Positions 8,459 through 17,300 of a stretch of 41,632 nt of DNA are shown piece after piece; within the stretch, counting starts at the first letter, position 1, and each line of letters starts with the position of its first letter. This stretch comes from a virus. The notes under the pieces are model-generated. The model ran no database searches and was not told where the DNA came from. It saw only the letters and a list, made by a program, of their open reading frames with translations. The DNA is taken from positions 1-41,632 of the IMG/VR virus record IMGVR_UViG_3300045988_015973, one strand, 5' to 3'. The position numbers and the translations under genes were made by a program.

Positions 8459-10358
8459 ACAGATGGCGCCGGTGCTGACGCAGCCGATCGGCGAAGCGCA
8501 GGTGCGGCAGGCGTTTGCCACGCTGCAAAAATACAAGGCGGGCAAGGCAAACCTCGAAGCGCGCGTGACGGCGAGCGAAAACTGGTGGCGGCTCAAGAGC
8601 TGGCGGCAGATTCAAAAAGGGAATCCGATGGACGATAAGTGGGCGAGCGCATGGCTCTTTAACGTCATCATGGGCAAGCACGCGGACGCGATCGCGGCAT
8701 ACCCCGCGCCCGCCGTCCGGCCAAGGGAGCCGGACGACCGGGGAGAAGCCAAGCGGCTCTCGTCCATCCTGCCGGTGATCCTGGAACAGAACGATTTCGA
8801 GGAAGTCTACTCGGACAGCCAGTGGACGAAGCTGAAGCAGGGGACGCTCGTTTGGCACGTGAGCTGGGACAGCTCCAAGCTGAACGGAATCGGCGACATC
8901 GCCGTGAACGCGGTAGACATTCTGAGCTTTTTCTGGGAGCCGGGGATCACAGACATTCAGAAATCGAAAAACGTCTTTGTGACGGAGCTGGTCGACAACG
9001 ACATCCTGACGGCCAAGTACCCGGAGTTGGAAGGGAAGCTGAAATCGACCGGCAACATCATGCAGCAGTACAACACAGATGACACCGTGCCGACGGACAA
9101 CAAAAGCATGGTGGTGGACTGGTACTACAAGAAGTGGCGGGGCGGCAAGAGTGTGCTGCATTTCTGCAAATTCGTCGGAGACAACGTACTGCTGGCGACC
9201 GAGAACGACGGCGAGCAGAAATATAGCACGCAGCAGATGCCGGACGGCTCGGTTGTGCAGACGCCGGTCGGAAGCCCCATGGCGGAGACGGGCCTTTACG
9301 ACGACGGGGATTATCCGTTTGTTGTGGATGCGCTGTTTCCGGTGGAGGGCAGCATCGCCGGTTATGGCTACATCGACATCGGCAAGAGCGCGCAGGAGCA
9401 GATCGACCGGATGAATCAGGCGATCATCAAGAACGCCATCATGGCGGCGTCGCCCCGGTGGTTTCGGCGCAGCGACGGCGCGGTAAACGAGGAAGAATTT
9501 GCGGACTGGACGAAGCCTTTTGTGCACGTGGACGGCAATCTCGGTCAGGACTCGCTGATGCAGATTCAGGTAAACCCGCTGAGCGCGAACTACATCACAA
9601 TTTTGCAGAACAAGATCGAGGAATTGAAATGGACGACCGGCAACACGGACGTCAATAACGGCGCGACAAGCTCCGGTGTGACGGCGGCGAGCGCGATTGC
9701 GGCGCTGCAGGAAGCATCGGGCCGGTCGAGCAAGGACAGCACGAAGTCGGCATACCGGGCATATGCGCGGCTCATCCGCATGGTGATTGAGCGAATTCGG
9801 CAATTCTACGATCTGCCGCGTCAGTTCCGCATTGTGGGGCAGCGCGGCGCGGAAGAATTCGTGCAGTATTCCAACCAAGGGTTGCAGATGCAGCCGCTCT
9901 ATGGCAAGGACGGGCAGCCGGACGGGATGCGGAAGCCGGTATTTGATATTGAGGTTTCGGCACAGAAGGCGAGCGAATATACGGCGATGGCGCAGAACGA
10001 GCTGGCGCTGCAATTCTTCCAGCTGGGCTTCTTCCAACCGCAAATGGTGGATCAGGCGCTCGCGACGCTGGACATGATGGACTTCGACGGGAAGGACAGC
10101 ATCGTGCAGAAGATTCAGGAGAACGCCGACCTTGCGGAGCGGCTGGCGCAGTGGCAGCAGATGGCGCTTGCCGTGGCAGATCGATATGATCCTTCGCTAG
10201 GGCAGGCGCTGGCCGAACAGGTATTGATGGAGGGCGGACAGGCCGTGCAGGCTCCGAAGGATGAAAAGCTGGCAGAGATCAACACCGGCGAGCAGCAGGA
10301 GCCGACAAAGGTACAAAACGCGCGGGAGCAGGCGCAGAAGGCCACGCAGCCGGAATAA
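8424..10358 (+). CDS. Portal protein
   Basis: 644 aa counted from ATG 8424 (SD aaggaga), inside track ORF 8295..10358. Lies immediately upstream of scaffold and MCP. The call rests on size and position. Confidence 0.7.
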   Translation: MQEQNMQTMENEQMAPVLTQPIGEAQVRQAFATLQKYKAGKANLEARVTASENWWRLKSWRQIQKGNPMDDKWASAWLFNVIMGKHADAIAAYPAPAVRPREPDDRGEAKRLSSILPVILEQNDFEEVYSDSQWTKLKQGTLVWHVSWDSSKLNGIGDIAVNAVDILSFFWEPGITDIQKSKNVFVTELVDNDILTAKYPELEGKLKSTGNIMQQYNTDDTVPTDNKSMVVDWYYKKWRGGKSVLHFCKFVGDNVLLATENDGEQKYSTQQMPDGSVVQTPVGSPMAETGLYDDGDYPFVVDALFPVEGSIAGYGYIDIGKSAQEQIDRMNQAIIKNAIMAASPRWFRRSDGAVNEEEFADWTKPFVHVDGNLGQDSLMQIQVNPLSANYITILQNKIEELKWTTGNTDVNNGATSSGVTAASAIAALQEASGRSSKDSTKSAYRAYARLIRMVIERIRQFYDLPRQFRIVGQRGAEEFVQYSNQGLQMQPLYGKDGQPDGMRKPVFDIEVSAQKASEYTAMAQNELALQFFQLGFFQPQMVDQALATLDMMDFDGKDSIVQKIQENADLAERLAQWQQMALAVADRYDPSLGQALAEQVLMEGGQAVQAPKDEKLAEINTGEQQEPTKVQNAREQAQKATQPE

Positions 10359-10440
10359 AAAAACCGATCTGCCGGCGTGGGGTGAAATCACAAAAAACGC
10401 ATGGTAGACTGAAATTAGAAAGTCAGAAAGGACTTGCTTT

Positions 10441-11298
10441 ATGGATGAACTTATGGCAGGAGCGCCCCAGGCGGGCGCGGCTGACGTCGCCGGTCAGCAG
10501 ATGAGCGGGCAGGCAGCCACGGCGCAGGCGCAAGCGCCGCAGCAGCAGGCCAATGTCCCGGACGCTCAGGGACAGCAGGAAGAGACCTTTGAGAGCTTGA
10601 TCGCGGGAAAGTACAAGCAGCAGTACGACAGCGCAGTCGGTGCGGCGGTGCAGAAGGCCGTGAAGCAGCGGCTCAAAGGACAAGGGGCGATGAAGGCGCA
10701 GATCGAAGCGATGGCTCCGGTGGTCGACCGGCTGGGCGTGCTATATGGCATTGACACCTCAGACCCGAGAAAGATCGACTATGCGGCGCTGGCGCAGAAG
10801 TTTGGCGCGGACAACCGGCTCTATGAGGCAGAAGCCATGGAACGCGGCTCGACGGCGGACGCGGTACGCAGCGAGTATGCTTCTCGCGCGGAAACCGCAG
10901 GGATGCGCCGCCAGCTGCAGGAGTACCAGATTCAGGAGCAGTTCAACGGCATCCGGTCGGCATTTGACCGGGATGTTGCCGGGCAGTACGGGACGAGCTT
11001 TGAAGCCGAGATGGCGAACGAAGACTTCGCCCGGCTGATTGCGGCGAACGTCCCGCCGAAGACAGCCTACGAAGTGGTACACATGGCAGAGATCCAGGCA
11101 GCGCAGGCGCAGGTGGTGGCAGCACAGGCGAGAAACAACGTCATGCAGACCATTCAGGCGCAGGGTGCAAGACCGCCAGAGATCGGCGGGAACGCCAACG
11201 GCGGGCAATTCACAAACAACGACCCGCGCAGCTGGACGAAGGAACAGCGTGCGGAGATCATCAGAAGGGTTCAGAGGGGGGAAAAGATCGTCCTCTGA
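10441..11298 (+). CDS. Scaffolding protein
   Basis: 285 aa, rich in Ala, Gln and Glu and predicted helical. Lies between portal and MCP. Confidence 0.7.
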   Translation: MDELMAGAPQAGAADVAGQQMSGQAATAQAQAPQQQANVPDAQGQQEETFESLIAGKYKQQYDSAVGAAVQKAVKQRLKGQGAMKAQIEAMAPVVDRLGVLYGIDTSDPRKIDYAALAQKFGADNRLYEAEAMERGSTADAVRSEYASRAETAGMRRQLQEYQIQEQFNGIRSAFDRDVAGQYGTSFEAEMANEDFARLIAANVPPKTAYEVVHMAEIQAAQAQVVAAQARNNVMQTIQAQGARPPEIGGNANGGQFTNNDPRSWTKEQRAEIIRRVQRGEKIVL

Positions 11299-11318
11299 GC
11301 AGAAGGAGGAAAAGAACT

Positions 11319-12407
11319 ATGCTTAACATCGGAATCCAGTTTTTCGCGGATGCGGGTACGCTGGTCAACGCGACCGGCAACTACGTGAACGCATACACAG
11401 GCACGACTACGGCGTTTGACACGACAAACAAGCTGACGCCGACAATGAAAACGTTCTACGACACGCAGCTCTTGGAGAACGCGCGCCCGGAACTGATCTT
11501 TGCACAGCTTGCCAAGAAGCAGGCGCTTCCGCGCAACCACGGCAAGAGCGTGGAATGGCGCAAGTGGAACACGCTGCCGGAGGCGGAGACGCTGACCGAA
11601 GGCGTCATCCCGACGGGCCAGAAGCTCGGCATGTCCAGCATGACGCAGGACATCGTGCAGAAGGGCCTGTACGTCACGATCTCCGACCAGCTGGAACTGC
11701 ACGCCATTGACAACGCCATCCTCGGCGCGACCGAAGAACTCGGCGCGTCCGGCGGCATGAGCATTGACAAGATGGTGCGAAACGAGGTTGTGGGCGGCAC
11801 GGTGAAGCAGCTCTGCGACAAGGTGAACGCTACGACCGGCGAACATACCGAGGTGACAGAAAGAAGCGGCATGGACACCACTTGCGTGCTGACGCCGACC
11901 GAGGTCAACAAGGCCGTGACCACGCTGAAAAAGGCGCACGCGCCGACGATCAACGGCAAGTACGTCGGTATCATCCATCCGTCTGTCGCGTTCGATCTGC
12001 GGCAGAGCAAGGAATGGATCGAGGCGCACAAGTATGCGGCGGTCACGGAGCTGTTCAACGGCGAGATCGGCGAGCTGCACGGCGTGCGCTTTATCGAATC
12101 GACGAACCAGAAGATCTGGAACGACAGCACCTGCCCGGTCAAGACGGCTGCTGCGAGCGGCAACCCGGCGGTCTATTACAGCGTGTATGCGACGATCATC
12201 ATGGGCAAGGACGCCTTCGCCATGATCGACCCGGACGGCGGCACGATGGAAATGATCGTCAAGACCAAGGGCGAAGCGGGCGGCCCGCTGGAACAGTTCA
12301 GCACCGTCGGTTATAAGTACGAAGGCGCGGCAAAGCGGCTCTACGAGGAGCGCATGGTGCGCATTGAGAGCACAAGCGCATACTCCGCGACCGACCCGGC
12401 CAACTAA
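11319..12407 (+). CDS. Major capsid protein (N4-gp56-like family, from memory)
   Basis: 362 aa. The block FYDTQLLENARPELIFAQLAKKQALPRNHGKSVEWRKW resembles that family. The N-terminus MLNIGIQFFA is L27-like. Strong SD. Confidence 0.85.
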   Translation: MLNIGIQFFADAGTLVNATGNYVNAYTGTTTAFDTTNKLTPTMKTFYDTQLLENARPELIFAQLAKKQALPRNHGKSVEWRKWNTLPEAETLTEGVIPTGQKLGMSSMTQDIVQKGLYVTISDQLELHAIDNAILGATEELGASGGMSIDKMVRNEVVGGTVKQLCDKVNATTGEHTEVTERSGMDTTCVLTPTEVNKAVTTLKKAHAPTINGKYVGIIHPSVAFDLRQSKEWIEAHKYAAVTELFNGEIGELHGVRFIESTNQKIWNDSTCPVKTAAASGNPAVYYSVYATIIMGKDAFAMIDPDGGTMEMIVKTKGEAGGPLEQFSTVGYKYEGAAKRLYEERMVRIESTSAYSATDPAN

Positions 12408-12422
12408 GGAAGGAGAACCAAC

Positions 12423-12686
12423 ATGGCAAAGACAGAAGAAACCGCAGTTGTGACCGCGACAACCGAACAGAAATATGACCCATGGAAGGATATGCGGGAG
12501 ATCATGCTGCCGAGAGCGGGTAACAACGAACAGCAGTTCCAGTATGTCGGCGTGAATGGCAGAACGTTTCAGGTGCCGAGGGGCAAGCGGACGGAGGTTC
12601 CGCGCCCGGTATACGAGTGCCTGATGGAAGCACAGCAGCAGGCGCAGGAAGCCTTTGAAGCAAACCGCGCAAGCGAGCCGAAATAA
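12423..12686 (+). CDS. Small head-associated hypothetical protein
   Basis: 87 aa with SD aggaga. Followed by a strong terminator. Confidence 0.6.
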   Translation: MAKTEETAVVTATTEQKYDPWKDMREIMLPRAGNNEQQFQYVGVNGRTFQVPRGKRTEVPRPVYECLMEAQQQAQEAFEANRASEPK

Positions 12687-12713
12687 CAACATAGTGCCCT
12701 TTGCGGCATGACG

Positions 12714-12742
12714 AGAGGGAGCGTGTGCCGCTCCCTCTTTTT
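12714..12742 (+). terminator. Intrinsic terminator after the capsid operon
   Basis: Stem agagggagcg / cgctccctct is 10 bp with loop tgtgc, followed by TTTT. Confidence 0.7.
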
Positions 12743-12757
12743 CATAGGAGGTGGAGT

Positions 12758-13135
12758 ATGAGAATTCGAGAAGCGATTGAGATGATCGACCGGCTGATGC
12801 CGAATCAGTACGGCGAGGATGACAAGGTGCACTGGCTCGGGGAGCTGGACGGCATTGCAGATCGTGAGGTATTCCGGGCGCATGAGCGGGAAGAGGATAT
12901 GGGGGAATTCACCGGCTATCCGCCGGGGGTAGACCTCGACACGATTTTGATGATCCCGTTCCCGTATGAGGACATTTACCGCTGGTATCTGGAAATGAAG
13001 ATCTGCGACGCGAACGGCGAGCTGACGAAGTACAACAACGCCGCTGCAAAGTACAACAGCTACTGGCAGGGATTTTGGAACGCATACAATCAGGAGCACA
13101 TGCCGCGTCAGGCGGCGACGTATTTCAAACTGTAA
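12758..13135 (+). CDS. Hypothetical virion (connector/adaptor-position) protein
   Basis: ATG 12758 follows aggaggtgg, inside track ORF 12701..13135. Confidence 0.55.
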   Translation: MRIREAIEMIDRLMPNQYGEDDKVHWLGELDGIADREVFRAHEREEDMGEFTGYPPGVDLDTILMIPFPYEDIYRWYLEMKICDANGELTKYNNAAAKYNSYWQGFWNAYNQEHMPRQAATYFKL

Positions 13136-13147
13136 AGGGGTGAAGAC

Positions 13148-14320
13148 ATGGCAATTTATCGCGTAGAAAACGGGAAGGCCCCGGCGGGCCTTTCGGCGGG
13201 CGACGAGGTTGTAACCGGAGGCGGAACATACCGGATCACAGGCGTCAACGCGGACGGCAGCTACCAGAGCCAGGTGAGCAACAAGAAACAGACGACCTAC
13301 AACTACAAGGGGCAATATACGCAGCGGCAAAGTCCGCTGCTCTCGCAGGGCGTGAGCGGGTATACGCAAAACCGGGTCAATGGATTGGAAGGGGGCTACA
13401 CGCCCGGCTCCGCTGTGCAGCAAGCGCAGGCGTATCTCAATCAGGTGCAGTCCCGCAGACCGGGAGAATATCAAAGCCAGTGGGACGGCGAGCTGACGGA
13501 TCTTTACAACCGGATCGCGAACCGGAAGCCGTTCAGCTATGACCTCGGGACAGACCCGGTATATCAGCAGTACCGCGAGCAGTACCAGAGGCAGGGGCGG
13601 CTCGCGATGCAGGACACGATGGGCCAGGCGGCGGCGCTGACCGGCGGCTATGGCAGCACCTACGGTGAACAGGTGGGGCAGCAGGCATACAATGCCTATC
13701 TGCAAAACCTGAACGACATTGTGCCGGATCTGTACAATGCGGCATACAACCGCTACCGCGACGAGGGCACAGACCTCTACAACCAGTATGGACTGCTCAG
13801 CGACCGCGAGAATCAGGCGTACAGCCGGTACCGCGACACGGTGAACGACTATTACTCCGACCTCTCCGATGCGCGCAGCGCCTACGACAGCGCCTATTCG
13901 CGGGACTACAACCAGTGGAGCGACCAGCTCAGCTATTGGGCGCAGAAGGCGGCGAACGAGAACAGCGCCTACTTGCAGCAGCTCGCGGCGCAGAGCAGGG
14001 CGAGCGGCGGATCGGGCGGCGGCTCCGGCGGCACGAGCGTTGCGGACGTTGCGACGGTCAATGGCGCGGGGAACTTTGCAAACAATGTCGCGATGATGGA
14101 CGACCAGTACAGAGGCGTAATGAAAACCGTATCTGTGCTGCTCGGACAGAACAACATCGAGAAAGCTATGACATACGCATACGGCGTAAGAAACCAGTTG
14201 AGCCATCAGCAATGGGCAGACATTGCGCGTCTAATCAAGGAAAGGACGAACGTGGAGATCGATCCGGACGTATGGTACAAGAAATCGAAAGACGGAAGCG
14301 GAACGTGGGGCGCAAAATAA
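13148..14320 (+). CDS. Tyr/Gln/Asn-rich virion protein with Y..YRD repeats
   Basis: 390 aa with repeated YNRYRDEGTDLY / YSRYRDTVNDYY / YSRDYNQW units and a GGSGGGSGG linker. Confidence 0.6.
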   Translation: MAIYRVENGKAPAGLSAGDEVVTGGGTYRITGVNADGSYQSQVSNKKQTTYNYKGQYTQRQSPLLSQGVSGYTQNRVNGLEGGYTPGSAVQQAQAYLNQVQSRRPGEYQSQWDGELTDLYNRIANRKPFSYDLGTDPVYQQYREQYQRQGRLAMQDTMGQAAALTGGYGSTYGEQVGQQAYNAYLQNLNDIVPDLYNAAYNRYRDEGTDLYNQYGLLSDRENQAYSRYRDTVNDYYSDLSDARSAYDSAYSRDYNQWSDQLSYWAQKAANENSAYLQQLAAQSRASGGSGGGSGGTSVADVATVNGAGNFANNVAMMDDQYRGVMKTVSVLLGQNNIEKAMTYAYGVRNQLSHQQWADIARLIKERTNVEIDPDVWYKKSKDGSGTWGAK

Positions 14321-14344
14321 TAGTGTGAAAAACGGAGAAATGAT

Positions 14345-17300
14345 ATGGCTTTAATACCACTGGAAAAAGCAATCGCAAAGGCGAGGGCGAATCAGAGCAA
14401 GAACGAAAAATATAGCACAACTTCGCTTATGTCGCCAAATGATGCGAGGGCACAGCAGGAAATCGGGATGCAGCAGCGACGGACGGCCTTTGAAAACTAC
14501 AAGGCTGCCCGCGCGGCGATGCAGCAACAGGCGCAGCGGCAGGTGACGCAGGGCTATGAGCGCCGGGCGGACGCGATGGGGACTGTGGCGAGGGGGTATG
14601 GGCAGTCGAACATGCCGACGGTGGCAAAGAAGACGGCCTATGAGAATTACACCTATGCGCTCAAGCAGAAGGAGCTTCGGCAGAAACAGATGAGCGGGAA
14701 ACCGCTGACCCCGGAAGAGCAGAAGATTCTGAACACGACAGTCTATCGAGACCCGGCACAGGCCGCGAACGCCGAAAACAACAAGTATCAGAATCAGGCC
14801 GTACAGAACGTGGAGAGCGAAGAACAGATCACCAAGCACCAGTTCGACCATACGCCGGAAATGGTAAAACAGTACGGCTCCTACGAAAACTACAAACGCG
14901 GCCTTTACGACAATGAATATGTCGGCGTCCTGAAAGAGCGGGAGGACGAGCTGGACGGCCAGATCAAGGAACTGGAACAGCAGATCCGGACGCGGCAGGC
15001 AGAAGCGGAGACGGCGACCGAGGAAGGCGTGCGGCGGGAGAATGAGCGGAAAGAGCTGATCAAGCAGGGCAAGCTGGAAGGGATCAGCGACATGGAGGCC
15101 CGGCTTGCGCAGCTTCAGCAGGAGCAGATGCAGCTGCAAAGCGAACGCGCGATGAAGCGCAGCCACATGGCGATCGATCCGCTGGATGACGAGACGAAGG
15201 CGCTGCTGCGGGAATACAACGCGGGCGGCATGTACACGCGGGACTACTCCAAACAGAACGGCGGGAGCGGGCTTTCAAAAATGGAGGCCCGTGCCGATCT
15301 GCGGGCGAAGGGATACAGCGAGGATGAGATCAAGAGCCTTGCAGAGTACGAGCAGCGGCTGCGGGATTATGAGAACGCGATGATACAGGCGGAGGATATG
15401 CAGCGGTTCGGGCAGGAGCATCCGTACATTTCGACGGCGGCGTCCGCGCTGATGGCTCCGGCAAAGGCGCTGGGCAATATCGAATCGGTGCGTGGCGTGC
15501 TGCCGAAGGGGTTTGGCGGGTATCAGAACGCGGATATGCCGACGAATATTTACAGTCCACTGTATAATGCGAGCCGCGTGTCGGGAAGCATCCGAAGCGG
15601 CGTCATGCAGAACATGGGAACCGTCGGACAGTTCCTCTATCAGGCGGGAACCAGCGCCCTGGACAGCGCGGTCAACATGGCGGCGTCGATTGGCTTGGTC
15701 GGTGCGGCGGGGTTAGGCACCGGAGCGGCGGCGCAGGGCGCCGTGGCGAATACGATGAACTTCGTGATGGGGTCACAGGTCGCAGCAGATTCGGTCTATG
15801 AGGGAATCCAGAACGGCAAAAGCAACGTCGATGCGCTGATCGACGGCATTGTGGAGGGTGCAATCGAGGGCATTACCGAGAAATATTCCGTGGGCGACAT
15901 CATTGAGACGATGCTGTCCGGCAAGGCGGCATGGCGCAAGGTCGTCCGGGCGTTCGCTTCGGAGGGCGCAGAGGAAATTGCAAACAACTGGCTCAACCGC
16001 ATCTATGACGTGACCGCGAAGCGCGGGCGCGGCGAAGTGGAAACGGCGTACCGCGCCTATCTTGCGAAGGGAATGAGCGAGCGGGACGCGATGGCCGCGA
16101 TGGTGAAGGATTTTGCAGAGGAAGATGGCCTTTCGTTCCTTGCGGGCGGTCTTTCCGGCTGGGCAATGTCCGGCACGTATGCGGCATTGGGACGTGGCGC
16201 GTCGGAGGCGAATATCCAGTGGACGGCGGCGCAGGCCATTCAGCGCGGCGAGGTACAGGATGTGATCGACCTAGGGCTTGCGCAGGGCGAGGGCACGAGG
16301 GCCTACGCACAGGCGGAGCAGGTACAGAAGACGATGGACGAGGGCGGAGAGGCGACGCAGAAGGACGTGGCGGGCGTGCTGCGCGAGTACGTAAAAGAAC
16401 AGCGTGACGCCGCCGAGGAAGCGCAGAGCGGAGATCAGACGCAGGAGAACCAGACATACCAGAACTTCAAAAACGCCGTGCAGAGCGCGGAGCAGCCGCA
16501 GACAGAGCATGAACAGGCGCAGCGGCAGCAGAACCAGCAGAGCCAAGGCGTCGACCTATACGACGAGGACGGAAGTTTGCTGGATGTGGGCGAAGGATGG
16601 GCCGAGATCGACCCGGAGCAATATGCCGGGCAGCAGACCGCGCAGGCCGAGGCGGAGATGGACAAAGCAGAGGCTGCGGCGGACAATGCCTATCTGGAAC
16701 GTCAGGTGCAGAAGAACGGCTATGACGATCTGACAGCGGCGTATTTTGTAAACGGCAACACGACAGATCTCTCCGTGGAAGAGTATGCCGCGAAATTTCA
16801 GAAGGCATACGAGCGGGGGCAGATGGGCGTTTCGAAGGAGTGGACGGTCGGCGCGGCGGTTGGGATGAACCGGGATGTGGCGACGGCGGCATGGGCGGCA
16901 GGACGAAAAGCGGCACAGCAGAGCGGCGCAGCGCAGTATTCCATTTCGAAGGATTACCGGCAAAAGCTGCGCCAGTGGAACCGGGATGGGAAGCCGGAGG
17001 GCGCGTCGTTTGAACTGGGAACGACCGGCGCGACGCTGCAAGGACTGGGTGCGGCGGAAAGCGACATCTACATGAACGGCGACAAGATCAATACCATTCT
17101 GAAAGAGCACCCTGAGATCACGCTGCGGGAGGTGGAGCGCATCCCGGAGATTCTGGAAGATCCGGTGCTGATTCTGAAAAGCAAGACCGGGCGCGGAGAC
17201 AACAGCCGTCTGGTGCTGTTTGGCAGTGTAAAGGCGAAGAATGGACAGCCGATGATGGCGGTACTCGATTTGCGGGCGACAGAGGACGGATTCCTGCTCG

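Noticed and set aside
8343-14212. Minus-strand ORFs 8343..10043 (566 aa), 11271..12692 (473 aa), 12569..14212 (547 aa) and 10759..11208
   Set aside because: Same reasoning: they are antisense to portal, MCP and virion genes, have low-complexity Arg/Leu/His-rich translations, and lack ribosome-binding sites.
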